From NCBI RefSeq assembly GCF_009914755.1, contig NC_060925.1: 64,000 bases of DNA; one strand, given 5' to 3'. Shown piece by piece: positions 61,461 through 64,000 of the stretch. This DNA comes from the human T2T-CHM13v2.0 reference genome, Homo sapiens. The position numbers and the translations under genes are program-made. Positions within the stretch are counted from its first letter, which is position 1, and every line of letters begins with the position of its first letter. The notes under the pieces were generated by a model. It saw nothing but the letters and a program-made list of their open reading frames with translations. It was not told the origin of the DNA and did not search any database.

Positions 61461-63089
61461 AGACAGACAGACAGAGAAAATAAGAGCTGGAGACACAGAG
61501 AAACAAAATCAGAGACAATGGGAGGGGGGTTTATGCTTGCACAGTGTCACAGAAGGTATTATATCAAACTCTAAAAGCTGAATGTGATATTCCCATTAAA
61601 ATATTATAATTAGGCCAGAGACTTTTCAGAGAAATGAACACAAACATCTTATTAAATCACCTAACAAGTTATGTGCTCCACACTGTACAAAGCATTTCAA
61701 AGGGTATGAAAACCAAGGGAGGCAACACCTAGCCCATCACATCTAATTATACCAATGAAATACTATCAACCTCTGCTGGGCAAATTTCTTGTCAAATTTC
61801 CTTGTAATTCCTACCTTTTTTTTAACTGCAATAAATCAGAAAGTAGAAATGCATCTTCATTAGTCATGAAATCAAGGAAGATTGAAGGGCATAGTTTTTC
61901 TCAGATATCCATGGGGAGACTTTTGGGTAGACTCTGGGCCACCCTACGGCTTTTACAGAAAATGCTGTAGGAATGTCAGTTTGACCTTCTCCCTGTAAGT
62001 CTCCTGGTATAAATATTAGAGGTCAGGTTGTGGATGCTAGGCTTATGTCAAATATTTCTCTTTTTTTTAAGCTGCCATCTCATCAGGCCCAGCTGCTTTG
62101 ACTTTTAACCTGCTTTTAAATGTATCTCTGCTCCTAAAATTCATGAACTATGCCCTTACTCATATTAAGTGATTTGTCCTTTGATTCCCTTGTAGTGGAA
62201 AAAAAGCCTTAATACTAGTTTGAATTCTGACCACACTCAAAGGCACAAAAGCTGAGTATGAATTTTTTTAAGGCTATCATGTTGGCTGTGAGTCCTGTAC
62301 GTCGTCTTGAAATGGCAGACTGCAATTAAATTCATCGAAATTCCATGAACTGTACTGAGCACCCACTGTAACACCGGGCACTGGCTCTGTGGATATCAAG
62401 ACAAATGAGACACAGTCCTGGCTGGATCAACAGACTATTTCTCTTTTCCTTTTATCTGTCATTCCTAAGAAAACCAGGAAAAGTGTGAGTCAAGGACATC
62501 AGAGGCTCCAAGCTCAATACTCAGATGTATGGGAGCTTACACAATTAATGAGCATTGTGTTTCAAAGTATGAATGTTTGTAAGTTGATACCAAAGAAACG
62601 ACATCTGCTAAAAGAACTTTTGAAGCTGTCCAGAGCCCTTATCCTGGTGAACAAGGAAATGGCATCATTATTTTATAGTTGTAGGATTCTCTTGTTCCTT
62701 CCTTTCTCTCCTTCTTCCTTTTCTTCTCCCGTGCTCCACCCAGTGTGGTTGCCCCCTTCTCTGTGACCAAGCCATAAGTCTAAAGTCCAAGGGCCCCAAG
62801 CAATGGCTATGCAGACATCAACTTTGAAAGAATGCTCTGAACTAAGCATGGTGCTTAGGGGAGAAGATGTGGAGAACAGCTGTGTGTGGACCACATCAGG
62901 AGGGCAGGTTGGCTAAACGTTTATCTGACAAGCTTTCATTTGTGCAGAGCCCACCTGCTGTTTGGTGCCAGCAATACACAAAACGGACTGAATGTGATTC
63001 ATGTGACTATCCTGGCAAACTGCAGCCACCTGAGGGCCACCTAAGTGGCCACACCATGTGTGCACAACAGCCACCATCAAGATGCTCTA

Positions 63090-63988
<899 letters not shown>

Positions 63989-64000
63989 GGGCTGCACCTG

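Overview
Human genomic DNA, judged from Alu/L1/LTR12 content including AluYa5- and AluYg6-type copies. The window lies entirely inside a minus-strand gene that I recognise as PCNX2 (pecanex 2) from four coding exons: 47630-47722, 46642-46792, 26094-26235 and 21393-21570. They splice in frame into 188 codons of a multi-pass membrane region (TDVLKWDLIVCAVV...ESFLLDFFMVSILFSK). The rest is intron dominated by retroelements: about 25 Alu/FLAM/FAM copies, fragmented old L1 and L2, MIR, a solo LTR12, a solo LTR10-type LTR, an MLT1-type LTR, and Tigger/MER DNA transposons. Almost all ORF-track entries are spurious repeat or low-complexity ORFs. I found no new multi-gene system. The best leads are regulatory or structural: (1) a candidate 78-nt poison exon with a full set of splice signals at 47846-47923; (2) a GC splice donor with a short read-through ORF; (3) a perfect 35-bp-stem hairpin at 49916-49996; (4) an unexplained 30-bp direct repeat 2.1 kb apart; (5) an LTR12 promoter antisense to the gene and a p53-like decamer array in the LTR10; (6) two very young Alus. 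Repeat subfamily names come from remembered consensus sequences and need RepeatMasker/Dfam confirmation. Old-repeat boundaries are approximate.
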